DNA from: Narcine bancroftii
Taxonomy: Eukaryota
NCBI RefSeq assembly: GCF_036971445.1
Contig: NC_091476.1
Coordinates: 26,164,001-26,228,000, forward strand
Length of the DNA stretch: 64,000 bases
Direction of reading: 5' to 3'
This document shows positions 1 through 12,920 of the stretch, piece by piece; the first letter of the stretch is position 1, and every line of letters begins with the position of its first letter. The notes beneath the pieces are model-generated. The model did not search any database, was not told the DNA's origin, and worked only from the letters and a program-made list of their open reading frames with translations. A program made the position numbers and the translations under genes.

Positions 1-1059
1 TCCCGGGATAGGAAGCCGTTTGTGTTGTTTCCATTGGGCTACCTTTAACCAGGACACTGGCTGCTTTTCCACTGAACACAACTCATCCTCTAGGATCAGA
101 GAGTCTACCTTTGAATGGAATGGATGGAAGGTGTCCTTTTTCCATTGGTTTAATCAATGTGCTGGTGTCAGCTGATGGCAAGGATATGAGTAGGGTTAGA
201 GGTTGTAAATCCAAGGCGTGATTTAACGTCATTTGACGCTGATGCCTTTTTTTTTCCATTTCCACTGGACCGTTAACCAGTTAATTTCTGAGACAAGGTG
301 TCAGTGGAAAGGGCTTCTGTCTCAGCCTGGTGATGGAATGACTCTTGATTGTGTTCTTTCACCAAAGTGCTCTCGTATTGATTGCACCAAGCCTCAGTGT
401 GTCTCTCAGCATGTACTCCTGCAGCTGGGAATGTGTCAGTTGAATCTATTCCCTCTCCAACATTTCTGTGTGCTAAAAGTCAACATGTTTCAGGCATAAA
501 GGGCCTTCACTGAGTTGATAGTTTTCCAGCAGTTCTGGATGCTTGTCTCTGCACACATCCCTGAGAACAGCCCATAAATAAAAGTACTATGTCATCCTGC
601 TGCTGGGAATAAACTGTGGCAAGGACCCTTGCATCCCTCTCTAGACACGCTTAGCAAATCTGCATTCTGCAAAGAGGTAGGTGATTGTCTCTGCTCCAGT
701 GCAATAATCTCAGGGTCAAAGCAGAGGACTGAGACCTCCCCTACCATCCATACTACTGCAGGATGTAAAATTCATGTCCTCAGGGCAAAGCTGATTTATC
801 AGAAACAGGTGAAACAAATCTAAGTTGTTTGCTGCATCCAGAACTGGCTAACAACACAGTGGACACTACAATCTGACCAGAGGGTTTCACTGTTCCTAGA
901 CTAGATTGGAACTCAACTTCTGGCAAAGAGGGGGTGGTTTGTGCTTTTTAGTTAATACTGGCTGGTGCATGGATGTTGGGGGTCTTGTCAACCTCCTGCA
1001 CTACCTTGGAACAAATCTTGATTAAATGTAAACATTTTTATCTACCTTGTAGAGTAAAC

Positions 1060-2503
1060 CTCACCAGAGTTTGTATCCCTTCTGATGCCGAATACAAACA
1101 GAAACTTGCACAGGCATGATGTAGACAGTAAACAAGAGACGGCCCACCCAAATGCACTACAAGTTATAGTCGGTGACTTCAACTTTGCCTTTTTCAAGAA
1201 AAATCTGTGCAATTAACAGCAGCATGTAACCTGCTACACCAGAAGTCCTCGCTGCGCCGGAGGTCCTCGCTGCGCCGGAGGTCCTCGCTGCGCCGGAGGT
1301 CCTCGCTGCGCCGGAGGTCCTCGCTGCGCCGGAGGTCCTCGCTGCGCCGGAGGTCCTCGCTGCGCCGGAGGTCCTCGCTGCGCCGGAGGTCCTCGCTGCG
1401 CCGGAGGTCCTCGCTGCGCCGGAGGTCCTCGCTGCGCCGGAGGTCCTCGCTGCGCCGGAGGTCCTCGCTGCGCCGGAGGTCCTCGCTGCGCCGGAGGTCC
1501 TCGCTGCGCCGGAGGTCCTCGCTGCGCCGGAGGTCCTCGCTGCGCCGGAGGTCCTCGCTGCGCCGGAGGTCCTCGCTGCGCCGGAGGTCCTCGCTGCGCC
1601 GGAGGTCCTCGCTGCGCCGGAGGTCCTCGCTGCGCCGGAGGTCCTCGCTGCGCCGGAGGTCCTCGCTGCGCCGGAGGTCCTCGCTGCGCCGGAGGTCCTC
1701 GCTGCGCCGGAGGTCCTCGCTGCGCCGGAGGTCCTCGCTGCGCCGGAGGTCCTCGCTGCGCCGGAGGTCCTCGCTGCGCCGGAGGTCCTCGCTGCGCCGG
1801 AGGTCCTCGCTGCGCCGGAGGTCCTCGCTGCGCCGGAGGTCCTCGCTGCGCCGGAGGTCCTCGCTGCGCCGGAGGTCCTCGCTGCGCCGGAGGTCCTCGC
1901 TGCGCCGGAGGTCCTCGCTGCGCCGGAGGTCCTCGCTGCGCCGGAGGTCCTCGCTGCGCCGGAGGTCCTCGCTGCGCCGGAGGTCCTCGCTGCGCCGGAG
2001 GTCCTCGCTGCGCCGGAGGTCCTCGCTGCGCCGGAGGTCCTCGCTGCGCCGGAGGTCCTCGCTGCGCCGGAGGTCCTCGCTGCGCCGGAGGTCCTCGCTG
2101 CGCCGGAGGTCCTCGCTGCGCCGGAGGTCCTCGCTGCGCCGGAGGTCCTCGCTGCGCCGGAGGTCCTCGCTGGCCTACTATTCTTTCCTGAGACTGCATT
2201 TTGGCAAATTGGATCACCTGGATCTGCTCCTTCTGTATGCATACAGACAGAGCTTAAAAAGAGAGACTGCAGTAATCAGAACAGTGTGAGATGAAGAATG
2301 GTTACGGGACTGCCTAGAGTCAGTGGATTGGGTGGAGTTCAAACACTCAGCAGAAGATCTGAATAATTACACCAGTGCATTTGCACACTTCATCAAAACA
2401 ACTGTTGACGAGTGTGTCCCCACCAAATTGTTCGGGGTTTCCCCTCTCCAGAAGCCCTGGATAAACGAGATCGGAAACCTGCTGAGAGCCAGGTCACAGG
2501 CAT
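1060..2503 (+). mobile_element. Degraded Rex1/Babar-like LINE, endonuclease region, interrupted by the 18-bp array
   Basis: Remnant peptides GDFN, QQHVTCYTR, AYYSF.RLHFGKLDHL..LL..AYRQSLKRE, DCLESVDW..FK, QKPWIN. Confidence 0.75.
1245..2172. repeat. Perfect 18-bp GC-rich minisatellite (GTCCTCGCTGCGCCGGAG) x ~51.5
   Basis: Directly visible invariant tandem array; explains the repetitive ORFs at 1157-2289. Confidence 0.99.
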
Positions 2504-3199
2504 AAATTTTTGGGACAAAGACACTTTTTTTTCTGTCAGTCATATCTTCTATGGATAGTAGTCATTAATATATCTACATCTGCTTCCTGAAGAGTATTTC
2601 TGATCTGTCAGACATACGTTTGGAGATTTTCTTCATTATTATGATGAGAATTCTTCCGTCATCAGCAGTGGAGTCTTCCTTGGAAGACCAGTCCCTTTGC
2701 GATGACTGAGCTCACCAGTACACTCTTTCTTTGTAATGATGTTCCAAACAGTTGATTTTGGTAATCCTTGAGTATGGGCAATGTTTCTTTATGAATTTCA
2801 GCCTCATAATGGCTTCTTTGACTTTCATTGGCACAACTCTGGTCTTCGTGTTGGAAAATGGCAACTACAGACTCCAAATGTGATCAAAAACTGAAAAATC
2901 ATCCCATCTCTCTTATACCTGCACCAATGAAGCAATTAAACATGTTAGAGTACTCAAAAACACCTGTGAAGTGGAATTTCCCTAACATTATGGTTCCCTG
3001 AAATGAAGGGAATAGGGATAAAAAGTGCTGTAATTTCTGCATGGTCAAACCAAAATGTACACATATATCCTTGAATAAAATCTGGAATATGCTCTTCAAT
3101 TACATGTAAATTGTTTGATTGCAAATATAAATCTGTGAAGCAAGGGAAAATAATGGAAAAAAAAGAGTCTCTTTGTCCCAAACATCATGGAGGGCACTG
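2503..3199. mobile_element. Tc1/mariner non-autonomous remnant
   Basis: Right TIR CTTTGTCCCAAACATCATGGAGGGCACTG followed by TA; partial left TIR TTTGGGACAAAGAC at ~2509. Confidence 0.7.
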
Positions 3200-4830
3200 T
3201 ACCTGTCTAAATGTCTTTTGAACATTTGCAGTTGTCCTTGCTTCTAACACTTCCTCTGGCAATTTATTGCACGTACTTAGCACCCTCTGTATGAAGAGGA
3301 CACCACATGGGACGCTAAAATCTGTGCCTCATCCATCGCTCTTCATCTCAGCGCTCCACTCATTTTTGTTTTTAAAATGGCAGCCCTGCTGAAGCTGCTG
3401 TAATTGCAGCGAAGAACACACAGGATGCAGTTTAAATTCTCCTGCTCTGGGGAGGGGCAAAATTTGTGACCTTTACCCATATCTATGCACCTCATGATTT
3501 TATAAACCTCTATAACCCCTCCCCCCCTCCTTTATTTATCGCCTACATTCTGGGAAGAAAATTTAAGTTTAACAGTCTCAAATCTTTTCTGCACCATTTC
3601 CAGATTAATGTTATCTTTCCTATAGCTTGATGACCAAAATAGCACACAATACTCCCAAGTGCGAGCTCACCAACAACTTGTACAGTTGTAACATGACATC
3701 CCTGTACCTGTGTGCAAAGCTCTGTCAAATGGAGACCAGTGTGCCATATGCACAATTCTGTAAGAATAATTCCTGTCTACTTATGTCGTCACTTTCATGG
3801 AACTATGCTCCCGCATCCCCAAATCTCTTTGTTCTATAATGCACCCCAGAGCCCTATCATTCACCTTGCATGTCATGCCCTGTCTTAACCTACCAAAATG
3901 CTACATATCATACTTGTTGACTGAATTAAATTTCATCTACTTTCTTTACCATTTCATCTAGATCAGTATTTTTCAAACTTTTTCTTTCCATTCACATATC
4001 ACCTTAAGTATTCCCTATACCATAGGGCTCTGTGATTAGTAAGGGATTACTTAAGGAGGTATGTGAGTAGAAAGAAAAAGTTTGAAAACCATTGTTTTAA
4101 TCATACCTAATTGACTTGTTATGTGCACGGTTTCATAACTCCAAAGGAAATGGGCCAATGACAAATTTTCTCAAGCAAAATATTTCAATAATAATTGGGT
4201 CTAGAGCAGTGCTTCTCAACCTTTTTTTCCCCACTCACAAACTACCTTAAGTAACCCCTTACTAATCACAGAGCACCTACGGCATAGGGGTTACTTAAGG
4301 TGGTATGTGAGTGGAAAGAAAAAGTTTGAAAACCATGATCTAGATCACGTTGTAATCTTCAATAACCTTCACTGTGCATTATACGTCAATTTTGGCATCA
4401 TCTGCTAAACATGATAACCACATTGCCATTCAAGTTGCTAATACTGATGACAAACAACAGTGGATGCAGCCCTGATCCCTGCAGCACACCACTGGTTGTA
4501 GGTTTCAAATCCAAGTAACAACTCCACTAACATCTTCAAACTCCCACTATCATGTCAATTCTGTATACAATTGGCTAGCTTGCTCTAGATCCCATGCAGT
4601 CTGATGCCAGAGCAGCCTTCCATGTGTGTCTTTGTTGAAAGCCTTGCCAAACTCTATGAACTCTATCTTCTTTGTACCTCCTTTTTTTTAAAAAACTCAA
4701 TCAATTTCGTGAGACTTAATTTCTCATGCACAAAGCCACAGTGACTACTGGTATCCTTAATCAGTCTTTGCCTCTACAAATGCAAGGAGATTGTCTCCCA
4801 GTAACTTACCCATGACTAAATGAATGCGCA
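3200..4830 (-). mobile_element. Degraded CR1-type LINE fragments with a hAT MITE nested inside
   Basis: Antisense CR1-like RT segments (e.g. GCATCATCTGCTAAAC, CCCTGATCCCTGCAGCACACCACT); highly decayed. Confidence 0.55.
3964..4337. mobile_element. hAT (Charlie-like) MITE made of two ~130-bp palindromic modules
   Basis: CAGT..TTTTCAAAC...GTTTGAAAACCA termini; 8-bp TSD ATCTAGAT at 3956-3963 and 4338-4345. Confidence 0.85.
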
Positions 4831-5000
4831 ACATTAGTCATCCTCTAGTCTCCTGGCACCTCACTCACCCTTAACAATAATGCAAATATCTCTGCCAGGG
4901 CTTCCACAGCTTCTTCCCTGACTTCTGGAGAAAGGAGGATGGGATGTATACTTGGCTGCTATGGGAGGCAAATGAGGCTTTGACAGCAATTTTTCAATGA

Positions 5001-5851
5001 CAGTATAACTCCTATTATCCAAAATTAGGTTATCTGAAATCCTCATTTATCCAACTTTTTTTGGAGCCGAACTGACCTCACAGGTTGAAAAAAAAATCCA
5101 CCCGACATGAAATTAGAATAGCGATTGTGCTCATTTCAGGTAATTCCCTCCTCTTTTTCTTTCTATTTTTTTCTTTACATTCTCCTATTGACTTTTCTCT
5201 CCAACACTCCCTCTCAAACTGTGTACCATTGTCTCCCAGCCACAATCAGTCAGAAGAAACCCTTTTCCCAGCATCATCAAGGAGAGCGGCCTCTTGGGCA
5301 GGATCAGGACGTTTGGCTCAGTGGTTTTCCCTTCCACCCCCTCCTATCCTTTTTTGTCCCTCCCTCCTTGGCACACAGGATGCCAACGCTGATTCCGAAT
5401 CTTCTCCTCTGCCTACTTCCCCAGTGTACTTGTGTCATAGGCCTAGGGGAGGATTTGAAATGGGGAGCTTTGGTGACCAGGGAGACAGGAGCCCACTGAC
5501 TTGCCAGTGAGTGTTCCACCGGCTTGGGAAGCCTCCCCGGAGATCAGCGGCAGTAGTGTGTTCATGTTGGGGATCGGCAATGGCGGTTGAGTGATCATTG
5601 TGATCAGCAGCCGCACTGGATTTGTTTCGGGGATCGGCGGCGGCCAGCATTTTTTTTTATGGCGAGAATTAAATATTATTTTAATGCTTAAGAAATGCTC
5701 CCTTATCCTTTGTTCTTAAAACATTGATACAAATAATTTGTATCAAGCTACTGGGCTGTTTTTTTTTTAAAAATATGACAATTTCTCCGAATAAACCATT
5801 TATCTGACGTTGGCCCAGTCCCAACCATTTTGGATAATCTGAGTTGTACTA
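5001..5851. mobile_element. pogo/Tigger-like non-autonomous element; related end at ~33290-33452
   Basis: Inverted termini CAGTATAACTCCTATTATCCAAAA and TTTTGGATAATCTGAGTTGTACT; the same end sequence recurs at 33432-33451. Confidence 0.55.
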
Positions 5852-5915
5852 TATTTGGGCAAATAAAATGTGCTAGATGACTGGCGTAACAAACAAATAA
5901 ATTATGGTCCTTTAG

Positions 5916-6062
5916 GATATACTGCCAGCGTTCAAGGATGTGAAGATTGTATTTCACTGTGCTTCTCCACCACCTTCCAGTGACAACAGAGAACTCTTCT
6001 ACAAAGTCAATTACACAGGGACCAAAACCATAATTGAAGCATGTAAAGAATCTGGTGTTGAG
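5916..6062 (+). CDS. NSDHL: NSDHL coding exon (147 nt)
   Basis: tttag|GATATA...GTTGAG|gtaaga; [49 protein letters not shown]. Confidence 0.95.
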
Positions 6063-9000
6063 GTAAGAAACCGTTCACTTCAGTTTAAGTAGCTGTGACT
6101 TAAGGGTTTAAAAAAAGAAGAAAAAAAATTTAAAAAAGTAGCTGTTTGACTTCAACACCCCTTTCATTATCTTTAATCTTTCATGACTTAATAATGCTCT
6201 ATTCTCACCACAGAAATTGGTGCTAACTAGTAGTGCGAGTGTTGTATTTGAAGGAACAAACCTGAAGAATGGCTCTGAAGACCTACCATATGCTAAAAAA
6301 CCCATTGACTACTATTCACAAACCAAGATCTTACAAGAAATGGTAAGTTTAATCTTTGAATCACAACTTCAAAAGTAATGATTATCATTTATTTCTATAG
6401 TTATTGCGAACAGATTCACTTTATTCTTTTTGAGTAAAACATTTCAGATTTGTAGTAAAGATGAAACTAGTTGTTTCATGAAAATTATTGTCTTCATGCA
6501 GATGGGTCCTTTTTTCTCCCATTCTATGTAGTGCATCAATGTGCCTCCAACCCAATTCTGGGAGTTCATCCCTTTGTTCTAATGGGATATGTTTCTCCCA
6601 TTCTCTTCTTAGTCTTGCAGAGATTGCCAATTTGTCCTACTTTATCATTACAGTATTGGCCTAATGACGATCTAGTTGAAAAAGTAAGACATTTTATCTT
6701 CTGTACATACAGACACTCTTTTGATGATTGTGAAAATCCAATGTTCCATCCAGTTCATCTAATAATTATTTTCTGAAAATTAATTGTAATCCTAATTTCC
6801 ACATGCAGGTCATCTTATTTAAACACTGCTCCCATATGCTAATTTCAATGTTTGTTTGTTCTACTAATTTAAAAAGATAAAACATTTACAGATGCTCCTC
6901 AACTGACGATGGGATTACGTTCCGACAAACACATTGTCAGTGGAAAAATTGTTCAGCGGTAATTACCACATCGCAGGCCATTAACCTTTCAGACCATTAT
7001 AACCCACCTCACACCATCATCAGCCAAGGAGCATCTGTATATGCTGCCCACCCCAATTTGAAATCTCTTTCTCCATGTTTTAAACGTTAAATTGTGCAAT
7101 GTTGATGTATTTAATCTACCAGTGATGTGACTAGGATTAAAAAGAAATATCAATGAACAGCTACTTTCAATGTAAATTTCTTGCCTTATTCTTTGCACAG
7201 TTTCCCTAATTTTGAGCTGTGCTGTTTTAGCTATTGCAATCGAACTGAAAATAGTGTGAATATTTACTACAACACTGTTAGAGATCAGTTTAGATACCTA
7301 CAAATGTTTGATATAAATATTCCCTGGATTGAAAGAAGTTTCAAGTGATACAGGACTTAAACTTTTTAAGTAATTTTGACCTACATTTTTTTCATACCAA
7401 AATGTTGGTTATGTATCTATCTTTGGTATATAAAGTACACTTTTACAATAAATTACTGTACTTTTTTTAAATGTAGTTGTATGTCCTTTGACCATTATGG
7501 TATTCTTGACAATCCAGTAATTGAAAACTATTCTAGGTGATTTGGCAATTGTATTAGTTGAACACGAACATTGGATAACGCAGATTTTGCTTCCTGAACC
7601 CCTTTGGATGTATTTTATGGATTTTGGGCTGTTGATATTGAAAATCACTTTAAAAATATGCCATTTTTAGATACAACCTGTTTTTGTGATTTACTGTCAT
7701 GCTTTTAACATGCTTCAAGCATACAAAACCACGAAGTGCAATATCATTGAAAATTTATTTTCTGCATTTGCACCTGGACTTCTTCCCTGTTGATCTTGGT
7801 GCAGCCAGTTAGGAACTTGGTGCAAGTTTTGCGACCATGGAAAATTGGTATCAGGGCAACTGGAATCCATCAATGCTGGCCAGCTATTGTTTTGAAACTG
7901 ACAAGAGAGGCATCAAATGCTGAGCACAAACGAAAATAAATGGCAAAATATTTTTAGTCAGTTGCAATATGTTCGTATCATTATGTGATGAAACATGCTA
8001 AATTCAATAAAACGTAATTTAATGTTTCTTCAACTTCCTATGTTATGCAGCAAATCTGTATTTATCTTTGTATTTTGCTTGAAGTTATCTAAATAATCCC
8101 CATTTTTCTTTTCAGAAAGTAAACTTTTGTGGGGAAAAAAATGTCCAGTGTAATTTAAGTAGCTATGGAGAAGGAGCTGAGAGCTTTTGCCCATTGCAAA
8201 AATGGAAATGAAAATTTTTTAGAATCAGAATTTATTATCATGAACAAGTCATGAAATGTGGTGTTTTGTGGCAGCGTCATAGAGCAAACTTGCTGCACAT
8301 ATTCAGAATTGATCATTTGTCCATTATTCCACAGGAAATTCTCAATGTTAATGATCCAGATCAGAACTTCATGACTATTGCAATTCGTCCTCATGGAATT
8401 TTTGGACCACAAGATCCACATTTAGTGCCCGTCCTTGTACAGGCTGCGAGGAGTGGAAAGATGAAGTTTGTGATTGGGTTGGTCATATATAGTTATAGTA
8501 ATTAATTCAGCAATAAATGTTGGCTACTTTCAGGAGAAAAATGAGAAACAAGAGGATAACTTTCTCCTTGATTAGCTGCAGATAATAAGTGAGATGGGAA
8601 GATAGTGAATAACACAGCGATTTGCTTGCCAGCAAAATACTAATATCCATTGTTAAGTATATGGTTTTATTATTTTGAAAATCGTAAAATTATTAGATGT
8701 GGTTGGTGTGTTTTCACAAAAGGGAAATCCTTGTTGACAAATCTCATAGTTTGAGGATCGCAGGGTATACAATAAGTGGGAGAAGAATAAGTTAATGTAG
8801 CATTTCTGAATTTTAAAAGCTATTTGATAAGGTTTTACAAGACAAAGGATCACAGTCACCAGTTCATTTGGCAGAGTTCCCAGTATAATGAATTCCTGGG
8901 AAACACAGCAAGATGTTACATTGTCTGATGTTTAGCTGCAAGATATTTCTGGAAAATTGCTGGTGAGTATTCTTCAGGAAGTTTGGGACCTCTGTGTCTT

Positions 9001-9971
9001 TGCATACTTCTGCTTCTAAAGTGTTACTTGCATAGTTTCAAGGTGTAGGATTATATCCAATGGCTTCTTTCCCTCATTCAAAGAAGAAATACAGCTCCAT
9101 TTGTGCTTTGTTATTGATAAAACAGTACCAATGTAGAAATTCTTTCTCAAATTGATTTCCATTTTTTTTGACCACCTGGTCAGTGCTCAAAATTTCCAAA
9201 GATTTGGAAATTCGGATGGTCCATTTATGTGTACATCACATAACTTTTGTGAAAGTGAGTTGATGAGTTTAGCGTGAGATTGGTGTTGTCTATGTTTTGT
9301 TTTATTTAAAGGTTTTCTTCACTTTTGATTTCCACTCAATCTTTGTTTAAAATGATGGTTCAGTTTTAATTATTGTTTCTAGTGCTTTGTTGGATGTGAC
9401 AATGTTTGCCTATTTATGGGTTGGTAACTGTATTTATCTTTTACAGTGATGGTAAGAACTTGGTAGATTTTACCTATGTTGATAATGTTGTACATGGGCT
9501 CATCCTGGCAGCAGATAAACTTCATCCAAATTCACACATCTGTGGAAAGGTATTGATTGTTATTGAAAATCTACTTAGTTATTTCTAAAACAAACTTGCA
9601 ACCTTCCAACGATTAATTCTTTTTATTTCCAACAGGCTTATCACATCACAAATGATGAACCAATTCCCTTCTGGACTTTCCTGTCTGAGCTTTTAGTTGG
9701 ATTAAATTATGATCGTCCAAAGTATCACATACCTTACCTGTTGGCTTATTATTTGGCTGTCTTGCTTTCAATTTTAGTATCGCTGCTAAGGCCATTTTTG
9801 ACCATTAAATCTACATTCACTCCCATGCGAGTCGCATTAGCAGGAACATTCCATTATTATAGTTGTGAAAGAGCAAAGAAGGATCTTGGATATAAACCTG
9901 TTGTCTGTCTGAGTGAAGGAATAAAGAATACAATTCAAAGTTTCACACACCTTAAAAATTCAATTATCTGA
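5916..9971 (+). CDS. NSDHL: Sterol-4-alpha-carboxylate 3-dehydrogenase (NSDHL), 3' part; exons 5916-6062, 6214-6342, 8335-8477, 9447-9549, 9636-9971; earlier exons not seen in this window
   Basis: Joined exons read [37 protein letters not shown]...[14 protein letters not shown]...PIDYYSQTK (SDR YxxxK)...[10 protein letters not shown]...[25 protein letters not shown]...[27 protein letters not shown], recognisable as vertebrate NSDHL. All introns are GT-AG with compatible phases. Confidence 0.97.
6214..6342 (+). CDS. NSDHL: NSDHL coding exon (129 nt) with catalytic YxxxK
   Basis: cacag|AAATTG...GAAATG|gtaagt; [43 protein letters not shown]. Confidence 0.95.
7700..8150 (+). mobile_element. Chapaev-like DNA transposase 3' remnant
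   Basis: Decayed peptide [19 protein letters not shown]...[20 protein letters not shown]; ends TGTCCAGTG (CAC-type terminus). Confidence 0.55.
8335..8477 (+). CDS. NSDHL: NSDHL coding exon (143 nt)
   Basis: acag|GAAATT...ATTGG|gttggt; [48 protein letters not shown]. Confidence 0.94.
9447..9549 (+). CDS. NSDHL: NSDHL coding exon (103 nt)
   Basis: ttacag|TGATGG...GGAAAG|gtattg; [34 protein letters not shown]. Confidence 0.95.
9636..9971 (+). CDS. NSDHL: NSDHL last coding exon
   Basis: aacag|GCTTAT...; [34 protein letters not shown]...hydrophobic segment...[13 protein letters not shown] at 9969-9971. Confidence 0.95.
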   Translation, partial: AYHITNDEPIPFWTFLSELLVGLNYDRPKYHIPYLLAYYLAVLLSILVSLLRPFLTIKSTFTPMRVALAGTFHYYSCERAKKDLGYKPVVCLSEGIKNTIQSFTHLKNSII

Positions 9972-10566
9972 TGTACTGTTGATTGTTAATTGTTGATCCA
10001 GATGGTAATGAAAGTTCAATTTTGCTATGATTTATGACGCATCTGAATATTTAATCATTCTTTGCTGCTTTCTAACCACGGAATCCAGGGAAAAAGCATC
10101 AAAATAATGAAGTGACCTCTCCCCTTCAAAATGAGGAAAATGTAGTTTAGGGGCTGCATATCTTTTGGAAAGGAGCAAAAGCAAATCTTGTATTTCCTGT
10201 GATATCCAGACAAGTAGAAGATGTTTTCTAGTGCAGTGTTTTGATGAATTCTTGAACTAGAACTGATGTGTGAAACAAATTAAATTTTGGGAAAAAAATC
10301 AACCCTGCGACTGAAAAGATATAATACTGTTTAGATTTCTGTCGTATGCATGTTTAAACTTTGGTCAGAAGTCTTCCATGGGGGAGGGTGGATATTTTAT
10401 TTTTCTTGTTTGTTCTATTTTCTTATTTTCCAAAAAAAAAGGACTTTGTGGTTTATGTGCTTTTGATAAAATTTAACATCAAGTTTTAAAATAATTTGTT
10501 GGGCTCCCCAGATGACTAACCTGGATTTTACTTTGATGTATCAACAGTGTGTGCATTTATTATATT

Positions 10567-10774
10567 AATAAATGAGTTCTGCAGTGGGGTTTAACATGTA
10601 AATATTTTGGAATGGATCGATAAATGATAATGCACCTGTTATGAAATATTGTGCAAGCATTACCTGTTAATTAATTTTCTTTCAGCAATATTGCACAGTT
10701 TCTACATTTTGTGATTTTTATTGACTTTGTTAAATTTAAAATGTTATATTATGGATAGGGATAATTAAAATAAA
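10567..10774 (+). terminator. Candidate polyadenylation signals of NSDHL (AATAAA at 10567 and 10769)
   Basis: Two canonical hexamers 0.6-0.8 kb after the stop codon in AT-rich UTR-like sequence; which one is used cannot be determined. Confidence 0.4.
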
Positions 10775-12089
10775 AACTGATTGGAATTTGAGAAGACCAA
10801 CTCATATAGGATATTAAATGTTACTTTTCCCCTTTGAACGTGTAAATACTTTTCTTATTACTTTGTCTGCTTCAAATGATAATTTAATGCACAAATACAA
10901 ATCATAATTTGTAAAAAAAAAAACCTCTTATAAGACCAAGAGGGGGAAAGATTGTCCCTTCATTAGAGTTATATATATTTATGTACTTTTTTTAGTTAAA
11001 AAGTTCTTATCCTTTTTATTCCCAAATTTGGCTACCACAAATTACATGACTCAACAGCTATGGTAATGAGAAAAATAAAGACATTACTAGAACATAGTTT
11101 TTAAAAAAAAAACCCTCAGGAATTTACATCTAATAACTACATTGTAACAAACAACTGCACTTTTTGCACTGTCTCTACCGGAAACAGTCCTGAACAAGAA
11201 ATGATCTCATGTTAATGTTGCAGTGACTTGACTCTTGATGGGTAAATAATTATCAGAAGGTCACATTTTTATTGAATTAGAGCAACAATACTTGTTTATT
11301 GAAACAGTAAGGGACCATAGCCTGGTCCTTACCACAAAGAATTCTTTATTATTCCAATCAATATTGTTCCATAAATTTACAAGCAGTAACAATACATCTG
11401 CCTGCCAGCTAGAGTGGAGATGTTAGGGGAATTACACATAAATTAAAGTTTGAGTGCCTGAAATAGATTTTTAATATGCAACTATCCTTCACTTTCTTTC
11501 CCCCAGAAATTGATCCTGCTTATCCTGGGAGAGGTTGCCATCATTTGTTTCCTTTAGCTTTAAATAGATTAAGTTGTCACGTGTCTGCTGTTGAGTTACA
11601 GTTTAGCAATAAGTACACTAATCGTGCATTTTGACAAGCTATTAATGTTCCTTTCATTACTCCAGCTACTAGTTTACTAGCTCCAGGAACACATAAACTA
11701 TTTGCTTTTATTTCTCAATATGATTCTTCTTGCTCCTTTTCCATTTTGAATGTTGGTGGACAAGATTTTCCTCAGGTCACTGGGGATATTGCATTTCTTT
11801 GGCTGAAGCTGGGTGGATTCCAATCATAAAAAACGAACAGCCGATGTTAGAGATGGATACGCATGATTGGCTCTAGCCCTAAGAAGGCTGACTTCTGAAT
11901 TATGCTGAAGCAAACGCAAGAGCTTTTGTCTGAAAGGTTGATGATGGGGAGTGGAAATACAGTTTGGAAAAACGCCGATATTTTGAATGACAATATAATT
12001 CTCTCAACACTGAACATTGTACAAGCAAACAAATAAATGGAAATAACTGACTGCAATACAGAGAGGAAAAAAAATCAATTGTGCAAAAA

Positions 12090-12920
12090 GTTGTCATTGA
12101 TTGAATTTATTGTTGAGGAGTCTGATGATGGAGGGGTAGCAGCTGCTCCTGAACTTGGTGATGTGAGTCTTGAGGTACCGATACCTCTTTCCTGATGGTA
12201 GCAGTGAGAACAGTGTGCTGTGTGGTGTGGATTCTTGATTGCTGCTGCTCTCTGACAGCAGCGTTCCCTGTCGATGTTCTCAATAGTGGGGAGGGTTTTA
12301 CCTGTGATGTCCTGGGTTGTGTCCATTATCTTTTGCATGGATTTACACTCAGGGGTATTGGTGTCTCCATACCAGACTGTGATGCAGCTGGTCAGCACAC
12401 TTTCCACAATATATCTTGAAATTTGACAGGGTTTGATGTCATACAAAACCTCTCCAAACTCCTGAGGAAGTAGAGGCACTAACATGCTTGCTTCACGATG
12501 CCGTTAGCATGTTGGTCCAGGCAAGATCCTCAAAGATAGTGACTGCCAAGAACTTAAATGTGCTCACCCTCTCCCCCTCTGATTTCACCCAATGATCACT
12601 GGATCGTACATGTCTGGTTTTCCCTTCCTGAGGTCAACAATCAGCTCCTTGATTTTGGTGAAATTGAGTGCAAGGCTGTTATTGGTGCACCATTCAGCCA
12701 AATTGTCAATCTCCTGTATTTTGACTCATTGCCCCTTTTTCTACATTCTACTACCATGGTATTATCAGCAAATTTGTAGATGATGGTGTCGTGCCAAGTC
12801 ACACAGTCATAGGTATAAAGTGAGTAAAGCAGGTGGCTAAGAACACAGCCCTATGGTGCTCTTGTACTGGTGAAGATTGGGGAGATGTTCTTACCAATCC
12901 TCACTGATTGTGATCTGTGA
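12090..12920 (-). mobile_element. Rex1/Babar-like LINE 3' remnant; related pieces at ~17085-17345 (-) and ~44950-45120 (+)
   Basis: ORF 12075..12485 VESVLTSCITVWYG...QDITGKTLPTIENIDRERC...NPHH; YKFLGV motif in the 17.1-kb piece. Confidence 0.75.

Noticed and set aside
1157-2289. Long ORFs (ARTSGA)n, (SSLRRR)n and collagen-looking (GPPAQR)n
   Set aside because: They arise from a stop-free 18-bp repeat. There is no synonymous variation, and Gly occurs only every sixth residue, so this is not collagen or protamine.
1-5915. Upstream NSDHL exon carrying the GGxGFLG Rossmann motif
   Set aside because: I could not find it by eye in this interval; it probably lies before the window.
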